A DNA stretch of 64,000 nucleotides from assembly GCA_944384415.1 (NCBI GenBank), contig CALWTF010000010.1, forward strand, positions 1,990 through 65,989. The letters run 5' to 3'. Below the pieces are notes generated by a model. The model was not told the origin of the DNA. It did not search any database and was given only the letters and a program-made list of their open reading frames with translations. A program made the translations under genes and the position numbers. Every line of letters begins with the position of its first letter. Within the stretch, counting starts at the first letter, position 1. The DNA is from an uncultured Clostridia bacterium. Lineage in GTDB: Bacteria > Bacillota > Clostridia > Christensenellales > UBA1242. Below are positions 37,224-47,554 of this stretch, one piece after another.

Positions 37224-38825
37224 ATGGTTAAAATTTTAAATTTCAAACACAAACTTTCATATTATTTGAATTTAATTGATGCTAGAAAGGAAAATGGTGA
37301 TTTATGGGGTGTTTTAGATGCTTGTAGAAATGCTTTAAATTATTGTAAGTTAAAAGCTCAAAAACAAAGTATTGAGGCATTAATAGGACAAACATATTTT
37401 GAAATGGGACTTAATAAACTTGCTTGCGAACATTTTTATCGTGCATTAAAAGTTCCTGAAATGCGTGCAAGTGCTTTTTTTGGAATTGGTAGAAGTTTGG
37501 TTTTAATGAATAAATTTGATTTAGCCCTTGAATATTTTGATACAGCTATTCAATGGGATTATAATTCGCAATTTCAAGGGGTAATTTTAGAATGGATAAA
37601 TGAAATTAAAATAAAAATAAATAATCCACTAATTATGCAAGATAGATTAATTTTAACGGCTAAAAATTTAATAAGAATGAACAAATTTAATCAAGCAGAA
37701 GAAGTGTTAAAACCACTTTTGAAAATTAATCAAAAAGCTTCTAATTACTATTCACTTTCACTTTTATTAAAAGGAGATTTAGAGCAAGCTAATTATTTTA
37801 ATAATGAAAATTTAAAAGATAAAAACAATTTTTTTGCTATCTGTTTACAATATGAAATTGATATGAATTTAAAACTTTTTTCAAAAGCCGAAACAACTAA
37901 AAATCAAATTAAACTTTTTGAAGTAAAAGATGCCGATAATATGTTGCATAAAGCAATGTTTTTTGCTCAACAAAACGATTATGAAACAGCATTTGATGTT
38001 TTACAAAAAGCACAAAATTTGCAACAATATATACCAAAATTATATTTATACTGTGCAATTTCTGCATATAATATAGAAAAAATTGATGATGCGCTATATT
38101 TTGTTTCACGAGCTAGATGGTTAGATTTTGAAAATCCTATATATAATTTTTATTATGATGTTTTTAAAAAACAAATAGCAAAAAGACCGGTTGTTTTAAG
38201 TGAAAAATTTATTGAAGAATTTGCAAAACAAAAAATTGATAATGTTAAAAATCAATTAAAAAGTTCAATGTTTGTTAAGTATCTGGAACAAAATCATTTT
38301 TTGCTTGAAGATTTAACATTTAGCTTTTTAAATGATAATGAAATATGTGACAAAGCAAGCAAATTTTTAGCAAATTCTTCATCTTCGTTATGTAAAAATT
38401 TATTTGCTAATTTATTATTATCTGCTGAACCTAATTTATATCAAAAGTTTTTAATGTGTAGACAAGTTTTTGCGGTAGAAAAAATAAAACAACTTGATAT
38501 GGTTTGTAATTATAGATATATCAGTATTGCCACAAAAAAATATAGCGCTAAATATATAAATAATATTTTAAAAAATAGTGTTTACAATGCTTTGGCATAT
38601 TCGGTTTGCTATTCTTTTAAACAAGAAGTTGTTAATCGAGTTTTGCACAATGCAAATATAATACAAAATTCAAATATAGAAATAGAACTTAATGAAAATG
38701 AGCTAACTTGTTACTTGTTTTTTGATAATACATTAATTTTTCAAAATGCTTGTATTTTTTTTGGTGTTGAACCATTTAAGGTTATACAATTTAAAAATTT
38801 ACTTAAACTAACATCTAAGAGGTGA
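37224..38825 (+). CDS. TPR-repeat protein, function unknown
   Basis: Several TPR-like units (e.g. ALIGQTYFEMGLNKLACEHFYRALKV, FFGIGRSLVLMNKFDLALEYFDTAIQ). Weak SD. Confidence 0.55.
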   Translation: MVKILNFKHKLSYYLNLIDARKENGDLWGVLDACRNALNYCKLKAQKQSIEALIGQTYFEMGLNKLACEHFYRALKVPEMRASAFFGIGRSLVLMNKFDLALEYFDTAIQWDYNSQFQGVILEWINEIKIKINNPLIMQDRLILTAKNLIRMNKFNQAEEVLKPLLKINQKASNYYSLSLLLKGDLEQANYFNNENLKDKNNFFAICLQYEIDMNLKLFSKAETTKNQIKLFEVKDADNMLHKAMFFAQQNDYETAFDVLQKAQNLQQYIPKLYLYCAISAYNIEKIDDALYFVSRARWLDFENPIYNFYYDVFKKQIAKRPVVLSEKFIEEFAKQKIDNVKNQLKSSMFVKYLEQNHFLLEDLTFSFLNDNEICDKASKFLANSSSSLCKNLFANLLLSAEPNLYQKFLMCRQVFAVEKIKQLDMVCNYRYISIATKKYSAKYINNILKNSVYNALAYSVCYSFKQEVVNRVLHNANIIQNSNIEIELNENELTCYLFFDNTLIFQNACIFFGVEPFKVIQFKNLLKLTSKR

Positions 38826-38828
38826 ATT

Positions 38829-39959
38829 ATGGAAAAGAAATCAAAATTTAAAATTTTTTTAAATCAGCTTTTAATAGCAAGTGTGTTATTTGGTACACTT
38901 GTTGGTGCTGGTTTTGCTTCAGGTAAAGAAACTTGGTATTATTTTGCAAGTTTTGGAACTTTTGGTTATTTTTCAATACTTTTGGCTGGAGTAATTTTTT
39001 TCTTATGTGCTTTGTTGTTTTTAAATTTTGGTAAGAAAATGGGTATAAATTCGGTTCAGCATATGAATAAAATAATGTTTGGTAAATTTGCAATAATTGG
39101 CGAAATGGTAATGGTTCTTTCAAATATTATACTTTTGGCTTCTATGTTTGCGGGGGCAAATAGTTTGTTTCAAATTATAGTAACTTCAACTTCCTTTAGG
39201 TTAGCTAGTGTGATTACTGCTATTATTGCATTAGTTATAGTGTGGTTTGGTTTTGGTGGAATAACAAAAGTTAATGTTATTATTGTTCCTTTAATACTTT
39301 CAGTTTTAGCTGTTTGCTTGTTTGCTGGCAGTACGCATATAACTAGTTATGATGCAGTTTCAAATTTTTCTATAATAAACATTGTTGAAAGTGTTGTTTT
39401 TGCTATTTTGTTTATTGCGAGCAATATGTTTTTTGCTGGTTTTATTTTTGCTAGGTTAGGTAAAGATTTTTCAAAATCCGAAATTATAGGTGGAAGTTTT
39501 TTTGGTGCTTTGTTTTTAACTGCATCTTTAGCTTTGATGAGTGTGGTTTTGTTTTTAAATCCTGAATATTGTTCAAGCGATATGCCACTGGTTGCTATTT
39601 CTAACAGCTTAGGACAAGGATTTTCAATTTTTACATTAATAGTAGTTTGGGTTGGTTTAATTACAACAGCAATTGCTTTGCTTTATACAATTAGTAACTG
39701 GCTAAAAAATTATTTTGGCAGTGTTGTTCTTGCCTCAATAACAACAAGTGCTGTTGCTATGTTATTGTCGGGTTTTGGGTTTTCTAATTTTATTGCCTAT
39801 GTTTATCCTATTTTTGGAATAATAGGTATAGTTTATATTGTTGTTGTAGCTAGGGTTTCTATGAAAAAAGAAAATGAAGTTACAATAAAAACTGATTTAG
39901 AAAAACCAATAAAGGTTCAAACAAAAATAAAAACAGTTAAAGCAAAACAAAAAAAATAA
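38829..39959 (+). CDS. YkvI-family polytopic membrane protein (putative transporter)
   Basis: About 11 TM helices. N-terminal GAGFASGKETWYYF resembles the YkvI signature. Translationally coupled to the TPR gene. Confidence 0.65.
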   Translation: MEKKSKFKIFLNQLLIASVLFGTLVGAGFASGKETWYYFASFGTFGYFSILLAGVIFFLCALLFLNFGKKMGINSVQHMNKIMFGKFAIIGEMVMVLSNIILLASMFAGANSLFQIIVTSTSFRLASVITAIIALVIVWFGFGGITKVNVIIVPLILSVLAVCLFAGSTHITSYDAVSNFSIINIVESVVFAILFIASNMFFAGFIFARLGKDFSKSEIIGGSFFGALFLTASLALMSVVLFLNPEYCSSDMPLVAISNSLGQGFSIFTLIVVWVGLITTAIALLYTISNWLKNYFGSVVLASITTSAVAMLLSGFGFSNFIAYVYPIFGIIGIVYIVVVARVSMKKENEVTIKTDLEKPIKVQTKIKTVKAKQKK

Positions 39960-40162
39960 TAAAATATTTAAAAATTTAATGATTTTTATTTAATTTTTTT
40001 ATAAAAATATTAAAGCTTTTAATTTTTATATAATTTTAATTTAAAGATAAATATGATTACTATATAAAAATTTAATTTTATTTTAGTTGCGTTTTTATAT
40101 AAAAGAATATAAAATTTTTATGTATTACTATTTTATTTTTATAAATATTAAAAGGATTTTTA

Positions 40163-40678
40163 ATGAAAACTGTTGGAATATTTCCAGGTAAATTTTTACC
40201 CTTGCACAAAGGTCATATTTGGGCAATAAATCAAGCAAAAAAATTGTGTGATAAACTTTATATTCTAGTGTGTTTTGAGCCAGATGTTACTAAACAGCTT
40301 TGTGAAAAAGCTGGTTTTGATTTTATAGATTTGCAACAAAAAATTAAATGGTTTAAAAAAGAATTTAAAAACAATGATATCAAAATTTTAGGTTTAGATG
40401 AAACTGGAATTGTTCCATATCCAAATGGTTGGGAAGAATGGTCAAAAAGAATTAAAAATATTGTTAATGAAAAAATTGATTTTATATTTGGTAGTAATGT
40501 TGAGTATTCAGAAAATTATAAAAAATTTTTCCCAAACAGTAAATATGTTTTGATTGATGAATTAAGAGAAAATGTTTCAATAAGTGCTACTGAAATAAGA
40601 GAAAATATTAATAAAAATTTCAATTTTATTGCTGATAGTGTTAAACCTTATTTTATGAAATATATTAACAAAAAATAA
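40163..40678 (+). CDS. Cytidylyltransferase-fold nucleotidyltransferase, NadR-type NMN adenylyltransferase-like
   Basis: GKFLPLHKGH (HxGH) and ISATEIR (ISxTxxR) motifs. 171 aa, stand-alone. Confidence 0.7.
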   Translation: MKTVGIFPGKFLPLHKGHIWAINQAKKLCDKLYILVCFEPDVTKQLCEKAGFDFIDLQQKIKWFKKEFKNNDIKILGLDETGIVPYPNGWEEWSKRIKNIVNEKIDFIFGSNVEYSENYKKFFPNSKYVLIDELRENVSISATEIRENINKNFNFIADSVKPYFMKYINKK

Positions 40679-40837
40679 TAATTAATATTTACTTTTTTTA
40701 CTACAAAATTCGACATTTTATTATTCCATAATAAATTTAAAAATTTGGCGTTTTTTTGCTATACTTTTTTTATTTATTTGATACAATAAATATTAGGTAT
40801 TACTTGTTTTGCAAAAGTTAAGTAAAGGATAAATAAA

Positions 40838-43800
40838 ATGGTTAAAAAATTAAATTTATATGTTTTTAGTTTAATATGTATGATATTTGCCGCGTGCATA
40901 TGTTGTTCTGGTGTTTATACTCAAAGTAAAGTTTTTGCAGATAACAATCTTTCTGATGTTTTTTGGGGTGGGCAAGTTACAAATGAATTAGCTGAAAAAG
41001 GGTCAATTGAAAATCCTGCTTCAAGTTTTGACGAAGCAAAATCGTTATTATCAGAAAATGGAACTATATGGATAAATGGCACAGTTTCAATATCTGGAAA
41101 TAATGAGTGGCAGTTGTCATCTGGTCAGATTATTAAAAGATATGATAACTTTACTGGTGTAATGTTTAGCTTGCAGGCATCTTCTTCTTTAACTTTGAGT
41201 AATGTTACTATTGATGGAAATCAAGAATTGCAAAGTGTGGGCTCAATTTTTAAAACAGCTGGTTCAAATATAAATTTAATTTTTAACAGTGGAACTGTTC
41301 TTCAAAATAACTATTCAACAACTCGTGGTGGTGCTGTGTGGTTATCTTCAGCATCAAATTTAACAATAAATGGTGCAATTTTTAAAAATAACACATCTGA
41401 ACAACAAGGTGGTGCTATTTGTTTATCTTATGGTTCGGTTGTTACTTTTAATGAAGGTGTTATACAAAACAATTCCGCAAAATATGGTGGTGCAATTTAT
41501 TGTGATAATGGATTATTAGAAATATATGGTGGTCAGGTAATAAATAATGTTGCAAAATCGTTTACTGATAACACAACTTGTGGCGGTGGTGGCATATATG
41601 CAAGTGCTAGTTTTATTATTGGGGGAAATCCTATAATTGAAAACAATATAACTCAAATTTCAGTTAATGAAAACACTAATTCAGATATTTACATTGTTTT
41701 TGGTAAAAGTATAATGGTTGCAACACCATTGCAAAACACTGTTCCTTATAATGTTTTGGTTTCAAATGATACATCAAGTTTATCAAGCGCAGTTATTTTA
41801 TCACCTTATCAAGATGTTTCAGATGCTTCAATTTATTTTAAGAATTTTAATTTCGTTTCGGATATATACACTTTTAGTGTTGGTGTAGAAGAATTTTCCG
41901 ATTCTGTTTTGGTAAATAAATATGTTACTTTAACTTTTTATTCTGATTTTAATCAAACAAGTAGTTATGTTAAAGATAATGTATCATCAGGGCAATATTT
42001 ACAAATGCCATCTTTAATGTTTAATGTTCCAGGCGGATTTGTTTTTAAGGGGTGGTCTACCAATATTGATGAGTTTGTAGATGTTGAAATTGATGCTCAA
42101 TATTATGTTGATGGTCCACAAACTTTTTATGCGATATATCAAAAAGAAGTTGTATATAATCCAAATGGTGGAACAGGAAATGTAACTGGTGCAAAAACAT
42201 ATGGTTTAAGCTTTGTTTCTAGTAATGGACAAGGTTTTTCAAGAAAAGGATACACATTAGTGGGTTGGGGAACAAGTCCATCAACCACTTCAAGTGATGT
42301 TGAATTTTATGCTTTAGGCAGTGTTATAAATGATTCGGTTTTAATTTCGTATAACTACACATTGTATGCGGTTTGGGAAATTCAAAAACACAATGTTATT
42401 TTTGATTCGTGTGGTGGTCAACCTGTTGAAATGATAAGTGTATCTTTTGGTGCTCAAATTTCTTTACCTTATACATCTAAATTAGGTTATAAATTGGTTG
42501 GTTGGTTTAAACAAAACGACGATGGCAGTTTTTATGATGTTGAATTTGATTTTAATAATGAAACTATGCCTGATGAAAATTTAACTCTTTATGCACGATG
42601 GTTACCATTATTTGAAAATAGCGAAACTTATATTACTGATAAAGTGTTTAAAATAGCAAATGTTGAACAATTAAACAATTTGTCTTTAATTATAAACAAC
42701 GGCGAAAAAGCTTTTAATGGTGTGGAATTAGTTTCTTATAATAATTTAAGTTATCAACTTATCAACAATTTGTCTTTTTCAGAAACAAATGTAAATAATT
42801 TTATTCCTATCGGTAATGCATCAAATTGTTTTTCAGGTGTATTTGATGGAAAATTATATACTATTTCAAATATAAATATTAATAACAATTTTACATATGC
42901 AGGTATATTTGGTGTTTTAAATAATGCAACTATTAAAAATTTAATAATTGAAAACTCGGTTGTATTAGGGGTTAATTCGGTTGGCGGAATTGCTGGTCAA
43001 AGCACTAACTCGTTTATAACAAATTGCGTATTTGTTGGTGAAATTGAAGGCTCTTCATCTAATGGTTTTGGAGTTGGCGGACTTGTTGGTAATGCAAGTT
43101 ATGGAACTATAATAGAAAGTTGTTTTGTTAAAGCTGATATTGAATCAAAAAACAATGCTGGTGGACTTGTTGGTAATTTAGGCAATGCAAAAATTGTTTC
43201 AAGTGTTGCTTTTGGTTCAATTGTTGCAAAAGATAAATGTGGTGGACTTGTTGGTTTCGTAGATAATAATTCAATTTTAGAATATAGTTATTTTACAGGA
43301 AATGTTTGTGATACTTCGTTGTTTTATGGTTCAATAGTTGGTTATAATTTAGGAACAATAAATAATTGTTATTTTACATATGAAACAAGTTATGTTGGCG
43401 GTATTAATAATGTTTCAACTTTTGGACAAGCCGAAGGTGTTAAATTTAATCAATTTTTAAGTTTGGATAATGATGTTTTTGGCGAGGGATTAAGAAATCA
43501 GTGGAACGAACTAGTAAATAATAATGGAATAAAATTTTGGCAAGCTAAAGCGAAATTAGATAATTTTGCATATTTACCAATACCTTGTGGTTTTAATTCA
43601 ATTTTAGATAATTATTTTGCTGTTGAAGTTTGTGTTGTAACCTTTAATTTAAGTAATCAAAGCGAAACAGATACTTGGGTTCAATATGTTAAAAAAGATT
43701 CTTATGCCATTGAGCCAGTAAATAAAACAATTTCAAATGTTAGTTGGTACTATGGTGATAATATTTGGTGTTTTGTTTTAAATAAAGTTACGCAGGATAT

Positions 43801-46800
43801 TACTCTTAATGCTAGCATAACTGAGGGCGTAAGTTATTTTGAAAATGGAAGCGGTACAATAGATGACCCATATCAAATATCCACTTATCAACATTTTGTT
43901 ATGTTTACTAATCTTATCAATAACTTGTCTACATCAAATTTGTTTGTTGATAAATATTATATTTTAACAAATGATATTGATTGTACCGATAAAATAGTTT
44001 TACCTGTTGGAAATTTAAATGTAAAATTTATGGGTGTTTTTGATGGAAACAATCATAAAATTATAAATGCTAATGTTAAAATTACAAATGATTATGCTGG
44101 ATTGTTTGTTTTAAATGGTGGAGTTATAAAAAATGTTATTTTGCAAGATATTATAGTTGATGGTAATAATGTTACGGGTTCAATAGTTGCAGAAAATTTT
44201 GGTATTGTTGAGAATATAAAAACTTTAAAAGTTAAAAATGGGAAAATAACGGGCAACAATTATGTAGGCGGAATTGTTGGTTATAACAGTGGAATAGTTA
44301 AAAACTGTACTAATAATATTGAAGTGGTTTCAAATGGTAATTATGTAGGCGGAATTGTTGGTTGTATGAAACTACAAAGTTCAATTGTTGAAAACTGTAT
44401 AAACTATGCTAATGTTGTTGCTGAAAACTATGTTGCTGGTATTGTTGGATATGCTTATTTTGGTAGTGTGCAAGTGTGTTTTAACAGTGCAGTGATTGAA
44501 GGTAGATATGCAGGTGGAATTGTAGGTTACAGTAATATTTGTGATATTAAATATGCAGTAAATGCTGGACAAATTTTAGGAAGTTCATATTTAGGTGGTT
44601 TAGTTGCGAAATTAAACCAAGGGTCAACGCTTACAACTTCTTATTCTGTTGGGCAAGTTTTAGGTAATGAATATGTTGGAGATTTGGTTGGCTTGTCTGA
44701 TGGAATTATAACATATTGTTATTATGAAAAAAATATTTATTCAGTTGGTGCTGTTAATGGTAAAGATATAACGGAACAAGCAGTGGGGCTTCCTGTTGGA
44801 TTGATGTTAACAAAAACAACTAATTTAGCTGAAGTGTTTGATGTTAATTTTATAAATGCAACTTTAAACGACACCAATGTTTGGATTGCTCAAGAAAATG
44901 TTGATAATAAATGGTATTATCCAATTTTAACTCCGCTTTATTCTCAGTTAATTTTAACTTATTATCAAACTAATTTTATACAAGTTGAACTTAATTATTA
45001 TGCAAATGTAACTCAAACGGAATTAAAACAAAATACTTTGATATTGCCTTTGGGATTATCTGTTTCATATATTTTACCTTATTATTTTGAATTTTTAGGT
45101 ATAGATGCAAACAATGAAAACAGTTTAAGTTGGTATTCTGATAGCACATATGAAAATCCTGTTTTCATTATAGGCTCAACTACTAATGTTCTTTTTGCAG
45201 AATGGCAAATATCTTTTGAAGGTGAAGGTAATGAAAATTCGCCATATTTAATAACCAACAGTTATGATTTGATATTGCTTTCTTCTTTGATTAACAGTGC
45301 TAGTTTAAATCAGTTTTATGCTACAAAAGTTTATAAATTAACTAACAATATTGATTTATCTAATTTTCAATTTACTCCAATTGGTCTTTATCCTTCATTA
45401 CCTTTTAAAGGAGTGTTTTTAGGTAATAACAAAACAATTTCAGGCGTTTATATCAATTTGCCAAATTATAGTAATGTGGGTTTATTTGGTTACACTACAA
45501 ACGCTAAAATAACAAACTTATATTTAACTGATGTTTTTGTTGAAGCATATTCTATTGTTGGTGGATTGATTGGAAAAGCTGATAATTGTGATGTTTTAAA
45601 TTGTGTGATTGAAGTTTCAGTGCAGTGTTATAATGATAATGCTGGTGCATTAATTGGTATGATGTTAAATACTAGAATTAACAGTTGTGCAGGCTTACAG
45701 TCAATGGTTAGTGCACAAAACATTATTGGTGGATTAGTAGGTTTTGCAGATAATTTATCAGAAATTAATAATTGTCAATTCAACGGAATTGTTGATGGTT
45801 TTACTCAGGTTGGTGGTATAGTTGGTTTTGCATCTAAAACAAAAATAAATGCTAGTTATACAGTTGCCATTGTACAAGGTGTTAATGAAGTTGGTGGTAT
45901 AGTTGGTTTATTGTTTAACAACTCAAAAATAACTCAGTGTTTTGTTGTTCAAACAGTAATTGGAGTATCTTATGTTGGTGGTGTTGTTGGTAAGTCAGTA
46001 GAATCTGAAACATATAACTGCTATTTTAACATTGAAAGAAATCCAAATTTAAATGCGGTTAGTATGTTTGATTTAACAAGTAATAATGTTGCCGGCGTAA
46101 GCACCATATTTATGATGACAAAAATGTTTGAAGGAACTTTAACAACTTGGTATTGGCTTAAATCAGATGGAAACAGATTTTATTATCCAACACAACAAAC
46201 TATGCATCAATTAGGTTTTTGGTGTGATGAAGTTGTTCAACTTGAATTTGAAACATACAATGCAAAAATTTATGAATTTACATATCAATTAGGATATGTT
46301 TTAGTTGGTGCTAATTATAATTTTGGTGTTGTTTTAAACACAGATAGAAATTATGATTTATCAACCTTGTTGGTTGGAGTGGTAAAGGGAAATAATTTTA
46401 CAGTTTTAAAATCAAATGAAAATGGTTATTATTCAGTAGAGGTAACCGAACCTTTTAAAATAGTTGTTGCTGTTAGCCCTGTTAAATACAATGTTGTTGT
46501 AAATATTCAAGGTGAAGGTAAATGTGATAAACAAGGTGTTAATACGGTTGAAGATGGTACAAGTTTTGTTTTAAATTTTGTTCCAGCCTACAATAACTAT
46601 GTTAAATCAATTTTAATAAACAACAAATTATTGGAAAATTGGACTAATGAAAGTTGTGAAATTATAGGTATTAATTCAAATTCAATTATAACTGTTGTTT
46701 TTAGTTCGGTTTGGGAAAAACGAGAAATAATACAAGATAATTGTGATGTTACTATTTTAGCAGATGAAATTTATTATGATGCGAAAATAGAAATAACTAA

Positions 46801-47422
46801 GTTAACACCAAATGATGATTTGCTAAAAGAATTTAAAAAAGCAACAAAAGGTTCAATTATTAGCGCGTTTAGTTTTGAATCAAATAGCTCATCTGAAAAT
46901 ATTTTTAACAGTGATGCTACTATAAAAATTTATATTGGAACCTTTTATAATAATGATAAAATTTCAGTTCTTATTAAAGATGGGGATAATATTAAAACTT
47001 TATCTACTACTGTTGACAATGGTTATGTATTATTAAATGCCAGTCAATTAAGAACTTTAGCAATTGTAAAAGAAAGTCAAAATTATACGCTTATTTGGTT
47101 AACTGTTTTTGTGGTAGTTGCAGTTTTGATTTTTATTACTACAGTTTTATTATCAATTAACAGAAAAGGAGTATTGTCAAAAAATTCACAAACCGAAGTT
47201 GATACTTCTGTAGTAAATTTAGACAATATAACAAGAAGAAATAATTACTGTAAAAATAAGCCTCCGAAAGCTAAATCTGTTTCATTAATAAATGGTACTC
47301 AGTTAAAAAATAAAAAAACTAGTCAAAATATATTAAATGAAGAAATTGATAAAATTAATAAGGAAAAAAAGTTTAAAAGCAATCGTGAAAAGTTGGGCAA
47401 AAAAAGAAAACCCGTTGAATAA
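40838..47422 (+). CDS. Giant surface protein (2194 aa): signal peptide, Pmp-like beta-helix, Listeria-Bacteroides repeats, three GLUG-type repeat blocks, C-terminal TM anchor and basic tail
   Basis: N-terminal hydrophobic signal. GGAV/GGAI/GGGI repeats around aa 160-250. NPNGGTG...GYTLVGWG and CGG...GYKLVGWF repeats around aa 440-590. GGIAGQ/GGLVGN/GGIVGY repeats in three blocks. TM LIWLTVFVVVAVLIFITTVLLSI (nt 47090-47158), then an 87-aa Lys-rich tail. No LPXTG. Confidence 0.8.
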   Translation: MVKKLNLYVFSLICMIFAACICCSGVYTQSKVFADNNLSDVFWGGQVTNELAEKGSIENPASSFDEAKSLLSENGTIWINGTVSISGNNEWQLSSGQIIKRYDNFTGVMFSLQASSSLTLSNVTIDGNQELQSVGSIFKTAGSNINLIFNSGTVLQNNYSTTRGGAVWLSSASNLTINGAIFKNNTSEQQGGAICLSYGSVVTFNEGVIQNNSAKYGGAIYCDNGLLEIYGGQVINNVAKSFTDNTTCGGGGIYASASFIIGGNPIIENNITQISVNENTNSDIYIVFGKSIMVATPLQNTVPYNVLVSNDTSSLSSAVILSPYQDVSDASIYFKNFNFVSDIYTFSVGVEEFSDSVLVNKYVTLTFYSDFNQTSSYVKDNVSSGQYLQMPSLMFNVPGGFVFKGWSTNIDEFVDVEIDAQYYVDGPQTFYAIYQKEVVYNPNGGTGNVTGAKTYGLSFVSSNGQGFSRKGYTLVGWGTSPSTTSSDVEFYALGSVINDSVLISYNYTLYAVWEIQKHNVIFDSCGGQPVEMISVSFGAQISLPYTSKLGYKLVGWFKQNDDGSFYDVEFDFNNETMPDENLTLYARWLPLFENSETYITDKVFKIANVEQLNNLSLIINNGEKAFNGVELVSYNNLSYQLINNLSFSETNVNNFIPIGNASNCFSGVFDGKLYTISNININNNFTYAGIFGVLNNATIKNLIIENSVVLGVNSVGGIAGQSTNSFITNCVFVGEIEGSSSNGFGVGGLVGNASYGTIIESCFVKADIESKNNAGGLVGNLGNAKIVSSVAFGSIVAKDKCGGLVGFVDNNSILEYSYFTGNVCDTSLFYGSIVGYNLGTINNCYFTYETSYVGGINNVSTFGQAEGVKFNQFLSLDNDVFGEGLRNQWNELVNNNGIKFWQAKAKLDNFAYLPIPCGFNSILDNYFAVEVCVVTFNLSNQSETDTWVQYVKKDSYAIEPVNKTISNVSWYYGDNIWCFVLNKVTQDITLNASITEGVSYFENGSGTIDDPYQISTYQHFVMFTNLINNLSTSNLFVDKYYILTNDIDCTDKIVLPVGNLNVKFMGVFDGNNHKIINANVKITNDYAGLFVLNGGVIKNVILQDIIVDGNNVTGSIVAENFGIVENIKTLKVKNGKITGNNYVGGIVGYNSGIVKNCTNNIEVVSNGNYVGGIVGCMKLQSSIVENCINYANVVAENYVAGIVGYAYFGSVQVCFNSAVIEGRYAGGIVGYSNICDIKYAVNAGQILGSSYLGGLVAKLNQGSTLTTSYSVGQVLGNEYVGDLVGLSDGIITYCYYEKNIYSVGAVNGKDITEQAVGLPVGLMLTKTTNLAEVFDVNFINATLNDTNVWIAQENVDNKWYYPILTPLYSQLILTYYQTNFIQVELNYYANVTQTELKQNTLILPLGLSVSYILPYYFEFLGIDANNENSLSWYSDSTYENPVFIIGSTTNVLFAEWQISFEGEGNENSPYLITNSYDLILLSSLINSASLNQFYATKVYKLTNNIDLSNFQFTPIGLYPSLPFKGVFLGNNKTISGVYINLPNYSNVGLFGYTTNAKITNLYLTDVFVEAYSIVGGLIGKADNCDVLNCVIEVSVQCYNDNAGALIGMMLNTRINSCAGLQSMVSAQNIIGGLVGFADNLSEINNCQFNGIVDGFTQVGGIVGFASKTKINASYTVAIVQGVNEVGGIVGLLFNNSKITQCFVVQTVIGVSYVGGVVGKSVESETYNCYFNIERNPNLNAVSMFDLTSNNVAGVSTIFMMTKMFEGTLTTWYWLKSDGNRFYYPTQQTMHQLGFWCDEVVQLEFETYNAKIYEFTYQLGYVLVGANYNFGVVLNTDRNYDLSTLLVGVVKGNNFTVLKSNENGYYSVEVTEPFKIVVAVSPVKYNVVVNIQGEGKCDKQGVNTVEDGTSFVLNFVPAYNNYVKSILINNKLLENWTNESCEIIGINSNSIITVVFSSVWEKREIIQDNCDVTILADEIYYDAKIEITKLTPNDDLLKEFKKATKGSIISAFSFESNSSSENIFNSDATIKIYIGTFYNNDKISVLIKDGDNIKTLSTTVDNGYVLLNASQLRTLAIVKESQNYTLIWLTVFVVVAVLIFITTVLLSINRKGVLSKNSQTEVDTSVVNLDNITRRNNYCKNKPPKAKSVSLINGTQLKNKKTSQNILNEEIDKINKEKKFKSNREKLGKKRKPVE

Positions 47423-47423
47423 T

Positions 47424-47458
47424 TAAAAACCCCTATCAATTTATAAAAAGGGGTTTTT
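47424..47458 (+). terminator. Rho-independent terminator
   Basis: AAAAACCCCT-loop-AGGGGTTTTTT immediately after the stop. Confidence 0.75.
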
Positions 47459-47554
47459 TATTTTAATTTAATGTTTTTTTACAAAATTAGGTATTGTAAT
47501 TTTTTTAAAAGTGTGTTACAATAACTTGTGTCATTAAAAGGGGAAAATATAAAA

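Noticed and set aside
44257-44365. A 25-nt exact repeat (AATTATGTAGGCGGAATTGTTGGTT) occurring twice, 78 nt apart. Checked as a possible CRISPR-like or recombination repeat.
   Set aside because: It is in frame within the giant surface-protein gene and encodes successive NYVGGIVG units of a GLUG-type repeat block. There are only two copies and no spacer-array structure.
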